NCBI GenBank assembly: GCA_944323625.1
Contig: CALUTD010000002.1
Location: 102,168 to 166,167 of the forward strand
Direction of reading: 5' to 3'
Source of the DNA: Candidatus Gastranaerophilales bacterium
GTDB taxonomy: Bacteria; Cyanobacteriota; Vampirovibrionia; Gastranaerophilales; Gastranaerophilaceae
DNA: 64,000 nt
Below are positions 6,737 to 16,801 of the stretch, one piece after another. The translations under genes were made by a program, and so were the position numbers. The number at the start of each line of letters is the position of its first letter. Position 1 is the stretch's first letter. The notes under the pieces are model-generated. The model saw only the letters and a list, made by a program, of their open reading frames with translations. It was not told the DNA's origin and ran no database searches.

Positions 6737-9261
6737 AATTTTTCCTTTTCTGAATCCTTATAACTTAACTCATTCATATTTTCGTCATAGAATTTAGTTC
6801 TTACAATTCTGAACTTAACATCAGGCCTAAACAATCCGATTACATCTTCAGGTTTTACGGACGGTATATCCATTGATTGCCCTGTTTTTAAAATCATATA
6901 CAGAGTATTATTTTTTACTTCTGCAGATTTTATTGACGGTTTAATATTAACAAGTTTTTTAATACCTTTTTTATTTATCTTCTCAATTAATATTTCATCC
7001 TTCGAAGATATCATATTTTTAATATACAACAAATCTTCATTTTTTAAAATACCCTCTTTTAACGAAGTAAAAGTATACAATGCCCATTGTGCAGTTATAT
7101 CAATAGATGGGGTATTTTTATCAATTTTTACTGAATTTATTACATTTATATTATTGGGCAGAACATTATTTAATATATTTGTTAATTTATCAGGGGGTAA
7201 ATCATTATAAATCTCTATATCAATTAATTCACAAATACTTTCAACAAAAATCGGAAGCGCAATACCGAGCGAAAATTTTGGTGACGGATTAAAACCTTGT
7301 GAAAAACATAAATCAAGTCCTGAACGGTATAACGCTTTTATAATTGTATTTTGCCAATCTAAATGAGATATATATCTCATTTCATTTTCTTTTGTAATTT
7401 TAATTCTGTATCTGTATGATATACGTTCTTTTGTATTTTCAACATTATTCTGAGTATATTCAAACGGTTTATCCAAAACTTTATGAGTCTTAAAATTTTT
7501 ACATACACCGCAATTTACACACATAAACTCGCAAGGAGTAATGTTTACGGCATTCATTGCATTATTATACTGCTCAATAAGCCATTTTTTATCAATTCCC
7601 GTATCAATAATATCCCATGGGAGTTCTTCATTAATACAAAAACTTTTTTGTGCCTCTTCATCTATATTGAAGCCGCATTCAAGTGCCGTCTCTTCCCACA
7701 AATTCTTATCTATATTTTCATCCCATGTAGAAAGGTATACTCCTTTTTTATGAAGTGACAGTATGAAATCATTGTATTTGCTGTCGCCTCTTGTTAATGC
7801 ACATTCAACTTTCGAAGTAAAACTATTGTGATAATTGAGTTTTACACCTTTTATAGATTTTACTTTTTCTTTTAAATATATTATTTTTTCTCTTACACTT
7901 TTTTGTGACTCTTGAGGACACCACTGAAAAGGCGTAAAAGGTTTAGGAACAAAAATTGAAACCGTACAGGTTAAATTTAGCCCATCTTTTAATTCAAATT
8001 CTTTTTTTATTTGTTTTGATTTATATCGTATTTTTGCAAGTAATTCTGCCATTTCATCTAAATCTTCATAAGTTTCGGATGGCAGCCCTATCATAAAATA
8101 CAGTTTTACATTTGTAAATCCTGATTTATAACATTTTAAAATTGTGCTTATAATTTGTTCTTCACTAAGATTTTTATTAATTACATTCCTTAATTTTTGG
8201 CTTCCTGCTTCAGGAGCAAGAGTAACTGTTGTTGAGCGAACTCCTCTGACCAAATGCGCCAGTTTTTGGCTGTATCTGTCTATTCTTTGGCTTGGAAGAG
8301 AAACCGATATTCTTTTTTTATTCATTTTTTCGGAAAGTGTTTCAATAAGACTTTCTATATTCTGATAATCATTTGATGACAACGAAAGAAGCGAATACTC
8401 ATTATATCCCGACAAAGCTGTTGATTCTTCAACCATTTTGATAATATCGGAAGCTTTTCTTTCACGAACGGGAAGATTTACATGCCCGGCCTGACAAAAT
8501 CTGCACATTCTTCCGCAGCCTCTTCTTATTTCAACTATCGTTCTATCGTGTATTCCCGATGAATAGGGAACGGGAGATTTTATTATTTTTGTATCACGGG
8601 AAATATCATATATTCGTTTTTTTGTTTTATTTTCTTCTTCGGGAGAAAATATTCCTTCAATTTTTGATAATTCTTTTATTATTTGTTTTCGATTTAAACC
8701 TAGTTTTTTTAATTCATAATAATTTTGCATAAGTTCAGGCAAAAGCTCTTCACCGTCACCAATCATGAATAAATCAATAAAATACTGAATAGGGCGCGGA
8801 TTAAAACAGCAAGGACCGCCTGCCGTTACTATAGGCATTTCTTCTGTTCTTTTCTTTCTTAAAACAGGGATTCCCGATAATTTTAGCATTTCAAGTACTG
8901 TTGGATATGCAAGCTCATATTGAAGTGAAAATCCGATAATATCAAAATCTTTAACCGGTTTCTTGCTTTCAAGCGAAGAAAGCAGCCTGTTTTCAGATAT
9001 TAAAATTTCACGGTAATCGGTTTCGGGAGCATAAACTCTGTCGGCCATAAAATTTTCGTGAGAATTAATAACATCATAAAGTATTTTTTGGCCTAAATTG
9101 CTTATTGCAATCTCATATTTATCAGGGAATGCAAAGACCATTTTAACCTTTGCAGCATCAAAATCTTTGTTATATGCCAAATATTCCGACCCTATATATT
9201 GATATGGCTTTTTTACATTATATAAATTACACTGGGTATCTATAGGTAATTCTGTATTCAT
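6721..9261 (-). CDS. Radical SAM protein fused to a DUF2344-like C-terminal domain (TIGR03960 + TIGR03936 type)
   Basis: 846 aa with the CGRMCRFCQAG (CxxxCxxC) cluster motif. The N-terminus resembles a B12-binding-like region. The C-terminal ~230 aa (YRYRIKITKENEMRYISHLD...) matches the radical-SAM-associated domain family. Confidence 0.7.
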   Translation of the reverse strand: MNTELPIDTQCNLYNVKKPYQYIGSEYLAYNKDFDAAKVKMVFAFPDKYEIAISNLGQKILYDVINSHENFMADRVYAPETDYREILISENRLLSSLESKKPVKDFDIIGFSLQYELAYPTVLEMLKLSGIPVLRKKRTEEMPIVTAGGPCCFNPRPIQYFIDLFMIGDGEELLPELMQNYYELKKLGLNRKQIIKELSKIEGIFSPEEENKTKKRIYDISRDTKIIKSPVPYSSGIHDRTIVEIRRGCGRMCRFCQAGHVNLPVRERKASDIIKMVEESTALSGYNEYSLLSLSSNDYQNIESLIETLSEKMNKKRISVSLPSQRIDRYSQKLAHLVRGVRSTTVTLAPEAGSQKLRNVINKNLSEEQIISTILKCYKSGFTNVKLYFMIGLPSETYEDLDEMAELLAKIRYKSKQIKKEFELKDGLNLTCTVSIFVPKPFTPFQWCPQESQKSVREKIIYLKEKVKSIKGVKLNYHNSFTSKVECALTRGDSKYNDFILSLHKKGVYLSTWDENIDKNLWEETALECGFNIDEEAQKSFCINEELPWDIIDTGIDKKWLIEQYNNAMNAVNITPCEFMCVNCGVCKNFKTHKVLDKPFEYTQNNVENTKERISYRYRIKITKENEMRYISHLDWQNTIIKALYRSGLDLCFSQGFNPSPKFSLGIALPIFVESICELIDIEIYNDLPPDKLTNILNNVLPNNINVINSVKIDKNTPSIDITAQWALYTFTSLKEGILKNEDLLYIKNMISSKDEILIEKINKKGIKKLVNIKPSIKSAEVKNNTLYMILKTGQSMDIPSVKPEDVIGLFRPDVKFRIVRTKFYDENMNELSYKDSEKEKLCQKQ

Positions 9262-9591
9262 TTATGCTAAATCTTCCGGAACATATCTTTCTACATCTAT
9301 GACAACTCCGTATGATTTATTGTTTCTAAATTCATTTAAAAATTTTAAAAGAGAATCATAAGGAACTTTATATTTGTATAAAGAAACCCCGACACCGTTT
9401 TTTTTCATAACCGTTACAATATAAAAACACATTGAAGCGTAATCAAGCAAAGCCTCTTCTTTAAAATAATTTCCATTCTCATCTTTTGAAATTTTAATAT
9501 ATGGAAATCCTTTGAAAAATCTTTGATTTTCTAAATTGTTTTTGCTCTTTTTAAATAAATTAATAACTTTATCATTATGGTTGTCAGACAT
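9262..9591 (-). CDS. Hypothetical 109-aa protein
   Basis: The ORF abuts the radical SAM start with no spacer. No motif recognised. Confidence 0.5.
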   Translation of the reverse strand: MSDNHNDKVINLFKKSKNNLENQRFFKGFPYIKISKDENGNYFKEEALLDYASMCFYIVTVMKKNGVGVSLYKYKVPYDSLLKFLNEFRNNKSYGVVIDVERYVPEDLA

Positions 9592-9647
9592 ACTACAATT
9601 GAATCTGATTTTAAGTCTACAGTCAAATTTTTAACAAATGTTCAATA

Positions 9648-10433
9648 TTATTTGCATTCCCTTTTTCCGCCCCAGGATAAATCACTGCACCTTAGGTAGT
9701 CCATATTTTCATTATAAATTACCCACGCAGTGCAGCCCATTCCGTTAACATAACTGTCATACGCACTACCAAATTTCTTAGTGTTTGTACAATACTTATA
9801 AAAAGAAATATGGTCTCCGTTTGTTCCGATAGGGTAAATTTCATCTTTTGTAAAATAAAAATCAAATAAATCACGACCCATAACATTGGGATTTTTATTT
9901 CCGTTTATGTCAACATTTATGTGACCGCATACATTCTTTACTTTTCCATATGTAAAACTACAATTCTTATTCCATGCTCTAAATTGAAAAACAAGCCCGT
10001 TAATTGTTTTAAATGCAGAATGAGTTTGTGTATTTAAATTCCTATAACAATTTTTTATTGCTTCTGCAGACGTCATATCCGTACAATCAGTTTGAACCTT
10101 CATATAAGGTATAAATTTTTTAGCAAGAATTTTATGTGATATATCATCATACATTCCCTGCATTCCCCATTCATCAGGACTTCCCTCATCTTTTAATATC
10201 ATTCCGTATGCTTGAGAAAGCATTGAATAGGCCTGTTTTACTCTTTGTACCGTTGCTTTTTCCTGTATATCCGTAATTAAAATCATAATGGTTATTGCGG
10301 CAATGACCCCTATTACAACCAAAGTAATTAAAACTTCCGAAAGAGTGAATGAGAAATATTTACAAAGGAAGGAGTTTTTAAAAAGTAACCTGTTTCTACC
10401 CCCCCCCCCGTGGCGGTTTAATGATTTATTCAT
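9648..10433 (-). CDS. Type IV pilin/pseudopilin-like protein, paralog of 3798..4530, in frame
   Basis: MNKSLNRHGGGGRNRLLFKNSFLCKYFSFTLSEVLITLVVIGVIAAI... with a Cys-containing globular C-terminal domain. AGGAG (plus-strand ctcct 10442-10446) sits 8 nt from the ATG. Confidence 0.85.
   Translation of the reverse strand: MNKSLNRHGGGGRNRLLFKNSFLCKYFSFTLSEVLITLVVIGVIAAITIMILITDIQEKATVQRVKQAYSMLSQAYGMILKDEGSPDEWGMQGMYDDISHKILAKKFIPYMKVQTDCTDMTSAEAIKNCYRNLNTQTHSAFKTINGLVFQFRAWNKNCSFTYGKVKNVCGHINVDINGNKNPNVMGRDLFDFYFTKDEIYPIGTNGDHISFYKYCTNTKKFGSAYDSYVNGMGCTAWVIYNENMDYLRCSDLSWGGKRECK
10399..10409 (-). repeat. Homopolymer G11 tract (C11 on the plus strand) encoding the GGGG of the pilin leader
   Basis: Direct count: c at positions 10399-10409. 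Confidence 0.95.
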
Positions 10434-10556
10434 AATTTCTTCTCCTTTTTAATTTATATTACTATATTTTCAAAATATATCAAATATTGATTCATAAATC
10501 TTAATATATAAGCAAATTTTATGTTTCACCGATTTTAAACGTAAAGGGCAAAGGAA

Positions 10557-13307
10557 ATGTCTATGATTATTTCTTCAATTAATAATATTTCACCTTCTAA
10601 AATTTTAAATAATAAGAATACTATAACTTCAAATAAAGTAAGTGTTCTTGAAAATGATGTCTTCGAAAGAAAAAACATCTCTTTCGGATATAGTTATGAT
10701 GATTATTTTAACTATGAAAATGAAGATGAATTAACTTCAACTATACGTAAAGAAATATATGAAATAAAATTGCAACATTATTTGAATGTTTTTACGGATA
10801 AAAACATTCAAAATAAACTTATGTCCTACAAAAAGATGAAAATATCAGATTTTAATAATATGTATAATGTTGAAGCTCTGATAGATAAAAAGTTCTTAAA
10901 TGAGTTTTTAGATGGAAATGGAATTAAAACATTAGCTCAGTTACAAAATTTTATTAAATTTGGATTTTCAAACAAAGAAACAAAAAATGTTTTTAATTAC
11001 CAAAATATAGAAGCACTTGAAATATATGGATTGTTAAATTCAAAAGATAGCTTAAATAAATATCCACAAATGCTTTTATACTTATATAAAACAGAGAAAG
11101 CAAAACCCGAGCCGAATTTCGATAAATTAAACACTTATTCCAATTTCTTAAAAGAGATGGGGTTAAGTAATTTTGATAATTTTAATATCAAATTTTCTCA
11201 TCTTAAACCAAAATTTAATGACTTTGAAAGTATCACCGATCAAATAGATGCAATTGACTATATGATGGATACGTATGATGACAAAATTGATTATTTAAAT
11301 AAACTTATCAATTCAAATTCTAGAATTGTAAAAAAAGATGCAAGAACTCTATATAAAAATCAAAATGATATAGTTGAGTGTATTTACGGACAAAAAGACA
11401 GTAAATCTTTCTATAATTATTCATCCTTAATGGATTTAGTTTTCTCAAGTGACAAATTCTCGCGCTTAGCATTAAAAAATGTTGAACAGTATTTTAACAA
11501 TTTTGAAAATCCTGAAGATAAATTAGAATTCTACAAACTTCTAAAAAGTTGCAATGTTACCATATCTGAATTTAATAATTTATGCAGCAAAACAATATTA
11601 TCAGATTGTAATCCAGTTGATAATATTATAAACAAAGAAATAATTCCTGAAAATCTATCTAAATTTTTTGATAGCGACAAGCAAAAAGCCAATGAGTTTT
11701 ATTTGAAATTCGGCGGCATTGTAAATGCATTATGCGAACAAGATAACTTGCAAGGTTTTTCTAGCCTATTGAAAATTATTGATAAATACGAGTTAAAAAC
11801 TCAAGATGATATATTAAAATTCTATAATAAATGTTCAAATACGAAACAAAAAAGTATAACTTCCAAAGAATTAACAGATTTTATTGAATTATTTAATTAT
11901 GCACCTGATGAAAATGTTATTCAAAGAGCAAAAACAAAAAATGTTTCGGCTGTTGAGTATTTAAAATTACGAAAAGAAGAATTTAAAAACTTTGAAGGAG
12001 ATATAAGTCAGTTTTTATCAGAAGATAATACAGGATATTTTGCCGGTAAAAAACTTATAGAAATTTTTAATAAATATAAAGAAGCAATCAGACAGAATCC
12101 TAAAAACATATCAACCACTCTAAAAAATATAGTTGATTTTAATATATCCGGCTCAGAAGAATATAATAACAATCTTGCCCAAATCAACAAATTTTTAAGA
12201 CATTTTCCTGACAGAAAATCAGTTTTAAGGTTCATATCTGATAATAATATCAGTTTTGAAAATACAAAAGAAGCATCAGAATACCGGGAAAACTGCCTTG
12301 AAATTTTGGACATTCTAAATGACAAAAATAATATTAAACAATCACAAAAGAGAATTAAACAAATTTCCGAATCAAGGTTTTTGCCTTCATCTGAATCAGG
12401 TTTAACTACATTCTTAAAAGGTTTTAACACTCTTGAAGAAAAAAGAGAAATATTAAACATAATTGCAGACAGAAAAGTCCCTTCTTTAAGACAGTGGCAT
12501 TCTTTTTTAATTAAATATAAAGCTCAAAAAGGCAGTTATGACAAAGATGTAGTAAAATATTTTAACTCTATTGATGAAAATATTAATTTTAAAAGTATTA
12601 CACAACATTTAGATACTTTGCAAAAAGAAATAGATAAATATGGTATTGATGCTAAAATTACCGCACAAAATATGTCTGCGGCCAAAATTGATTTATATAA
12701 TCCTCAGGATTTTTATAATATGCTAAATAATCTTATTTCTAACGGAAATGAAAAGGCTAATTTTATTTCGAGCCTTCCATATACATTTAAAGAAACCGGC
12801 GATAACTATAATGCTTTTCAAATAGCTAATGAAATAGTGGATCAAAATATATTAACCCATAATAATAAATATGAAAACATACCAAGATTACTGGGTATTA
12901 ATAATGTAATCAATTCACAAAATCAAATAAAAACACTTTATTCCTTAATTGAAATTATTAAATCATGTATTCCTCAAAAATTTATAGATTTCGTTAATTC
13001 TAATGAATGGCTGGATTTCTCTTCAGAGGGTAAAATTCCTAACATATCTTTGCACGCTAAATTAAGAGCCATAGACAGATTCGCCCTGGCTGATGCAAAA
13101 ACAATTGATGAACTTTATTCTGATAAAACAAAAAATTTATTACAAGATTTATTTAGAACAATCTATATACAAACCCCAAAAAACGTTAAACGAGCTGATA
13201 AAGAAGATTCAAATCGCCTTGTAGTATATACAAAAAATAATAAAGACAAAATTAAAACAGTTTTTACCAATAAAGGCTCAATGATTACAGTTGTGAAAAG
13301 AAACTAA
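10557..13307 (+). CDS. Large (916 aa) N/K/I-rich hypothetical protein with no signal peptide
   Basis: Long uninterrupted ORF with genome-typical composition. The C-terminal ~85 aa (SLHAKLRAIDRF...LVVYTKNNKDKIKTVFTNKGSMITVV) weakly resemble DUF4258-type small toxin modules. Confidence 0.6.
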   Translation: MSMIISSINNISPSKILNNKNTITSNKVSVLENDVFERKNISFGYSYDDYFNYENEDELTSTIRKEIYEIKLQHYLNVFTDKNIQNKLMSYKKMKISDFNNMYNVEALIDKKFLNEFLDGNGIKTLAQLQNFIKFGFSNKETKNVFNYQNIEALEIYGLLNSKDSLNKYPQMLLYLYKTEKAKPEPNFDKLNTYSNFLKEMGLSNFDNFNIKFSHLKPKFNDFESITDQIDAIDYMMDTYDDKIDYLNKLINSNSRIVKKDARTLYKNQNDIVECIYGQKDSKSFYNYSSLMDLVFSSDKFSRLALKNVEQYFNNFENPEDKLEFYKLLKSCNVTISEFNNLCSKTILSDCNPVDNIINKEIIPENLSKFFDSDKQKANEFYLKFGGIVNALCEQDNLQGFSSLLKIIDKYELKTQDDILKFYNKCSNTKQKSITSKELTDFIELFNYAPDENVIQRAKTKNVSAVEYLKLRKEEFKNFEGDISQFLSEDNTGYFAGKKLIEIFNKYKEAIRQNPKNISTTLKNIVDFNISGSEEYNNNLAQINKFLRHFPDRKSVLRFISDNNISFENTKEASEYRENCLEILDILNDKNNIKQSQKRIKQISESRFLPSSESGLTTFLKGFNTLEEKREILNIIADRKVPSLRQWHSFLIKYKAQKGSYDKDVVKYFNSIDENINFKSITQHLDTLQKEIDKYGIDAKITAQNMSAAKIDLYNPQDFYNMLNNLISNGNEKANFISSLPYTFKETGDNYNAFQIANEIVDQNILTHNNKYENIPRLLGINNVINSQNQIKTLYSLIEIIKSCIPQKFIDFVNSNEWLDFSSEGKIPNISLHAKLRAIDRFALADAKTIDELYSDKTKNLLQDLFRTIYIQTPKNVKRADKEDSNRLVVYTKNNKDKIKTVFTNKGSMITVVKRN

Positions 13308-15922
13308 TCTTCTTCTATATATGAAACAATTTTATTTATATTTGTATCAAAACTTGATAGTTTTTGCTCAATAACTTTCATTGTATCTTCAGAAGCTTGT
13401 CTTGTTTTTGCATATTCACTTACAACTGAAATTTCAGATACTATATAACTTAACATATCTTTCATATCATATTCTTTGTAGTCTTCTGTTAATATTTCTA
13501 TTAATTTGTCAAACTTGCTATTAAAATCATTTATTTTGTTTGTTAAATGGTTAATTTGTTTGGTTTGATTCTCAATTTTGGTATTAAATGATTCTTCCAA
13601 CTGTTTTAGTTTATTATTATTTTCTTCGGCAAGTTTTTCTATTTTTTCATTTATTAAATCAATATTAGGATTTAATGCCGTATTAATTTGAACAATTATT
13701 CCAGATAGTAAACTCTTTAGTTCCGAAATATCTTCATGTTTTAAACTGTCCGAAATATTTTCAATATCTTTTAATTTATTATTATATAAAGAAACTTCCT
13801 GTTTTAGTTCTTTAATATCATCACAAACAGTTTTTTGGATGTTAGTTTCATCTTGGGCTATCAAGCTGCTTATATCATTTTGAATTTCATTTAAAACACG
13901 CCCTGAAGCATCTACCCACTCGGCAAGATATATAAAAGCTCTGTTTAAATTATTATTTGCTATAAGACTGTTTTGAGATAATATGGATATTTTATTTAAG
14001 TGTTCATTGAGCAGACTAAATTTTATATCCGTATTCCACTCTTTTCTTTCTTTATTAAAATCAAGAATAGAGTTTTTAAATACTTCAAGATGAGATTTAA
14101 ATTCTTTATTTGCATCGTCTGCAGTAAGAATTAATTTGTTTGTTCTTAAACTTATACTTGAAATATCATCATTTAATTCAGAAAAACGTTCTTTTAAAGA
14201 ATTGATATCATTTGATGTTATTTGAGTATTATCATCTAAAAATTTGTGCAATTTTAAGAAATCAGATTCTATATCAAGTAAAGTAGAATGCATATTACTT
14301 GATATTTCATTTATTTTTTCGCTTAACTCAGGAACATTATCTACCAGGTTACTTGTTTTATCAAGCATAGACTTTATATCATCAATTTTGGAATGAAGTT
14401 CAGATTCTGTTTCTTTTATTGTGTTTTCTGAATTTTCCGAAATTTTAATAAGTTCATCAATCTTTCCTGCCCATAAGTTAATTGATGAAAGATTATCATA
14501 GATAATATCAACTTTATTAATCGTATCAACAATGTCAATATCTTCAGGCAACATTGAACTGTTTTTATCTTTAATTAGATTTATGGAATTATTTATATTC
14601 TTAAGTTCAGATGTCAAAGAAGATAAATTTGAAACTTTTTGATTAATTTCATCAACTTCACCATTAACATTATCAAGCTTTTCAGCCCAACTATTTAATG
14701 CGGAGATATTTTCATAAATAATATCAATTTTATCAGAAACTTCATCTAGCAGGTTATTTGTATTATCAATATTACTAGAATTTTCTTCAGTAACTGCCAT
14801 TGAATTGTTTATTGAAATTAATTTATTATCTAATTCAGCAACCGAATCTCCTACTTTATCTATTTTAAGCGCCCAATCGTTAAGTGCAGCAATATTGTCA
14901 TAAATTATGTCAACCTTATCTGAAATATCTTCAAAATCAATATTATAACCAAGTTTAGATGATATTATATCAAGTGCTTTATTTACTTCTTCTTTTGAAG
15001 AAGTGATTGTTTTATCAATCTCTGCTACACTTTTTTCTAATGTTTCAACACCATTTACAATATTTGCCAATTCCGTAATATTTTCATAAACAGAATTAAT
15101 TTTATCCGAAACGTCATTAAAATCTGAATTAGCTGTAGATTCCGAATATAACTTTTCAAGTGTTTCAGTAATATTACCTGCTTTTTCAACCCATGAACAG
15201 ACAACATTCAAATTATCATATATACTGCTTATTTTTAAGATTTGATTTACAATATCAGAACTTTTAATATCCGATTGTAAATTCGATATTGATGTTTGTA
15301 TTTCTTTTAATAATTCCGAAGTATCGGATATATTAATATTTTGACTATTGTTTAAATTACTTAAAATCTCTTTTATTTCATTATTAAAATCAGGGATTTC
15401 ACTTATTTTTAATGAAATTTGTTCAACATACGTATTAAGATTTTGATGAAGATTTTCAATACTTTCTTCCAATATTTTAATATTTTCACTACTTTCACCA
15501 ATTGAAGAATTTGTTTTTATTTCTGCAAGTTTTTGAAAAACATTTTCTTGTGTTTTTAATGTCAAATCCAACTGTTGTTTCTGATATTCCTCAAATTCTG
15601 CTGTAGTAATGGCCATATTTTGGTTATTTTGAATATTCTCAAGTTTCAAACCAACATCTTCAAATGTAGTTTTTAATTCATTAATATCATTATAAAGATT
15701 TTTTATAAAAGCTTCATTACAGCTGTCTATATTATAAGCAACAGATTCAAGTTTATCTTTTATTTCCTGAAAATTTAATTTGGCCTGTGTATCAGTTAAC
15801 AAATCTTCTATTGATTCAACAGAATTCTTTATTTCGGTAATATCAATTTCTTTAACCGAATTCATTGATTGAATTTTTGTACAAACATCTTCCAAAATTT
15901 CTTTATAATTATCTGCAGCCAT
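13304..15922 (-). CDS. Large (872 aa) acidic coiled-coil protein with internal ~45-65-aa repeats
   Basis: Heptad-like composition throughout. The repeat unit SDK(V/I)DIIY(D/E)NI.ALN.WA.K(I/L)D recurs at least 4 times (about nt 14365-15160). Confidence 0.6.
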   Translation of the reverse strand: MAADNYKEILEDVCTKIQSMNSVKEIDITEIKNSVESIEDLLTDTQAKLNFQEIKDKLESVAYNIDSCNEAFIKNLYNDINELKTTFEDVGLKLENIQNNQNMAITTAEFEEYQKQQLDLTLKTQENVFQKLAEIKTNSSIGESSENIKILEESIENLHQNLNTYVEQISLKISEIPDFNNEIKEILSNLNNSQNINISDTSELLKEIQTSISNLQSDIKSSDIVNQILKISSIYDNLNVVCSWVEKAGNITETLEKLYSESTANSDFNDVSDKINSVYENITELANIVNGVETLEKSVAEIDKTITSSKEEVNKALDIISSKLGYNIDFEDISDKVDIIYDNIAALNDWALKIDKVGDSVAELDNKLISINNSMAVTEENSSNIDNTNNLLDEVSDKIDIIYENISALNSWAEKLDNVNGEVDEINQKVSNLSSLTSELKNINNSINLIKDKNSSMLPEDIDIVDTINKVDIIYDNLSSINLWAGKIDELIKISENSENTIKETESELHSKIDDIKSMLDKTSNLVDNVPELSEKINEISSNMHSTLLDIESDFLKLHKFLDDNTQITSNDINSLKERFSELNDDISSISLRTNKLILTADDANKEFKSHLEVFKNSILDFNKERKEWNTDIKFSLLNEHLNKISILSQNSLIANNNLNRAFIYLAEWVDASGRVLNEIQNDISSLIAQDETNIQKTVCDDIKELKQEVSLYNNKLKDIENISDSLKHEDISELKSLLSGIIVQINTALNPNIDLINEKIEKLAEENNNKLKQLEESFNTKIENQTKQINHLTNKINDFNSKFDKLIEILTEDYKEYDMKDMLSYIVSEISVVSEYAKTRQASEDTMKVIEQKLSSFDTNINKIVSYIEED

Positions 15923-16023
15923 CTTATATTTTCTACATCCTCTTTTTATAATATTTATTCTACCAAAAGAAAAATAAAGCGTATACTTTGTTACAATTTA
16001 TGTTAAAAGTATATCCCTAGGTA

Positions 16024-16596
16024 TTAGATAAACTCTTTTATTTTCAGTAAATCTTGCTTTGTAAGCCATCTGGGAGAACCATGTTCTTCCGAATGATTTC
16101 TTAAAAGATACGAAGGATGGAATATAACGGTTGTGTCAATATTATTAAATAGTTTATACCATTTACCTCTTATTTGTGAAATTTTTATTTTGCTGCCTAA
16201 AAAGGACTTTGCACTTGTAGCACCACAAAGAACGATAACTTTCGGATTAACTGTTTTTATTTGTTCAAGTAAAAAATTTTCGCAAAGTTTTTTTTCTTCA
16301 TCAGTAGGAACTCTATTTTCAGGGGGTCTACATTTTACAGTATTACAAATATAAAAATCATCTTTTCTTGAAAAACCGCAATCTTCAATAAGCTTTGTCA
16401 ATAGTTTACCTGCTCTTCCGACAAAAGGAATTCCTGATGCATCTTCATCTGCACCCGGGGCTTCTCCTATTAGTAAAATTTTTGCATCTGCACTTCCGTC
16501 AGAAAATACAATATTTTTTCTTGTCTTACCCAGCTCACATGCCCTGCACTCTATGCATTTCGTCTTTAATCTGTTTAATTCTTCCGATTTTGACAT
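16024..16596 (-). CDS. Uracil-DNA glycosylase, family 4
   Basis: GEAPGADEDASGIPFVGRAGKLL motif plus N-terminal Cys residues (CIECRACEL). Confidence 0.85.
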   Translation of the reverse strand: MSKSEELNRLKTKCIECRACELGKTRKNIVFSDGSADAKILLIGEAPGADEDASGIPFVGRAGKLLTKLIEDCGFSRKDDFYICNTVKCRPPENRVPTDEEKKLCENFLLEQIKTVNPKVIVLCGATSAKSFLGSKIKISQIRGKWYKLFNNIDTTVIFHPSYLLRNHSEEHGSPRWLTKQDLLKIKEFI

Positions 16597-16801
16597 ACTC
16601 TCACCTACTTTATAATACTTTTTTATTTTACATTAGTTTAATTAATAATACAAATTTTGAAGAATGTTTTTTAAACAAAAGTATAACTGATAAATATAGT
16701 CATTAAGTAGAATGAATCAGTAAGTAAAATATTCTATTATATAAAAGTAAATCCTCAACTCTTCTGATTGCTTATTCTTAGTGCTCATCCCCTTCTTAAA
16801 T

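Noticed and set aside
15989-15996. Recurrent TGTTACAA/TTGTAACA words in several intergenic regions (307, 397, 15989, 20954, 36444, 51722, 59994, 60061) as a dispersed repeat element
   Set aside because: Only 8-10 nt are shared. The word contains generic promoter hexamers (TGnTACAAT extended -10, or TTGTAA -35-like). It is probably promoter vocabulary in an AT-rich genome rather than a mobile or repeat element.
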